Assembly (NCBI GenBank): GCA_043809585.1
Contig: JBDROZ010000043.1
Location: 1-32,638 of the forward strand
Length of the DNA stretch: 32,638 bases
From: Candidatus Eiseniibacteriota bacterium
GTDB lineage: Bacteria > Orphanbacterota > Orphanbacteria > Orphanbacterales > Orphanbacteraceae
Reading direction: 5' to 3'
How positions within the stretch are numbered: position 1 is the first letter of the stretch; the number at the start of each line of letters is the position of its first letter. This document shows, piece after piece, positions 32,483 to 32,638 of this stretch. The position numbers were made by a program, and so were the translations under genes. Below the pieces are notes generated by a model. It worked only from the letters and a program-made list of their open reading frames with translations. It had not been told where the DNA came from and made no database searches.

Positions 32483-32638
32483 CCTGGACTATGCACAAAT
32501 CTCCTACTGCGATCTCGGATCGCCGCCTGCGAAGCCTCCTTTCCGTCGCCGCCTCCTCGACGTAGTGCATGACTACGCCTCCGGTGGCGGCTCGTCCAAG
32601 TCGGCTTCTCGTCAGGCGATCCGAGCCCTCGTGACGGA
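32479..32638. mobile_element. Second fold-back/MITE-like palindromic element, truncated by the window end
   Basis: Begins CTAGCCTGGA at the rlmE stop. Nested arms CTCGGATCGCC/GGCGATCCGAG, GAAGCC/GGCTTC, GTCGCCGCC/GGTGGCGGC, CGTAGT/ACTACG. Confidence 0.6.

Overview
GC-rich bacterial chromosome segment. FlgD-Ig C-termini and a 'WG-x-VK-x-LF' C-terminus suggest an FCB-group candidate lineage such as Eisenbacteria, Latescibacteria or Krumholzibacteria (inference). Left to right it holds: a GldA/F/G-like ABC operon (minus strand); an archaeal-type geranylgeranyl reductase, ferredoxin and flippase operon; a secreted putative starch-binding protein and a large GH13 amylase; then the most unusual locus, with its own strong promoter, encoding a 357-aa twin-arginine protein with 31 Cys in a C-x8 register, an RRE-radical SAM-SPASM maturase and a secreted CARDB/PPC/FlgD protein. 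That locus is a candidate new 'Cys-every-ninth' thioether-crosslinking system. The rest comprises a TMTC-like GT-C/TPR protein, an intergenic region with two candidate structured RNAs, a DUF4123-like protein, a yhaM-addB-addA operon, a PIG-L deacetylase, a fold-back MITE-like element, a membrane spermidine-synthase-like/TPR protein, a PTS IIA gene and an rlmE gene split at a T9 slippery tract. All calls come from manual motif reading; no database searches were run.
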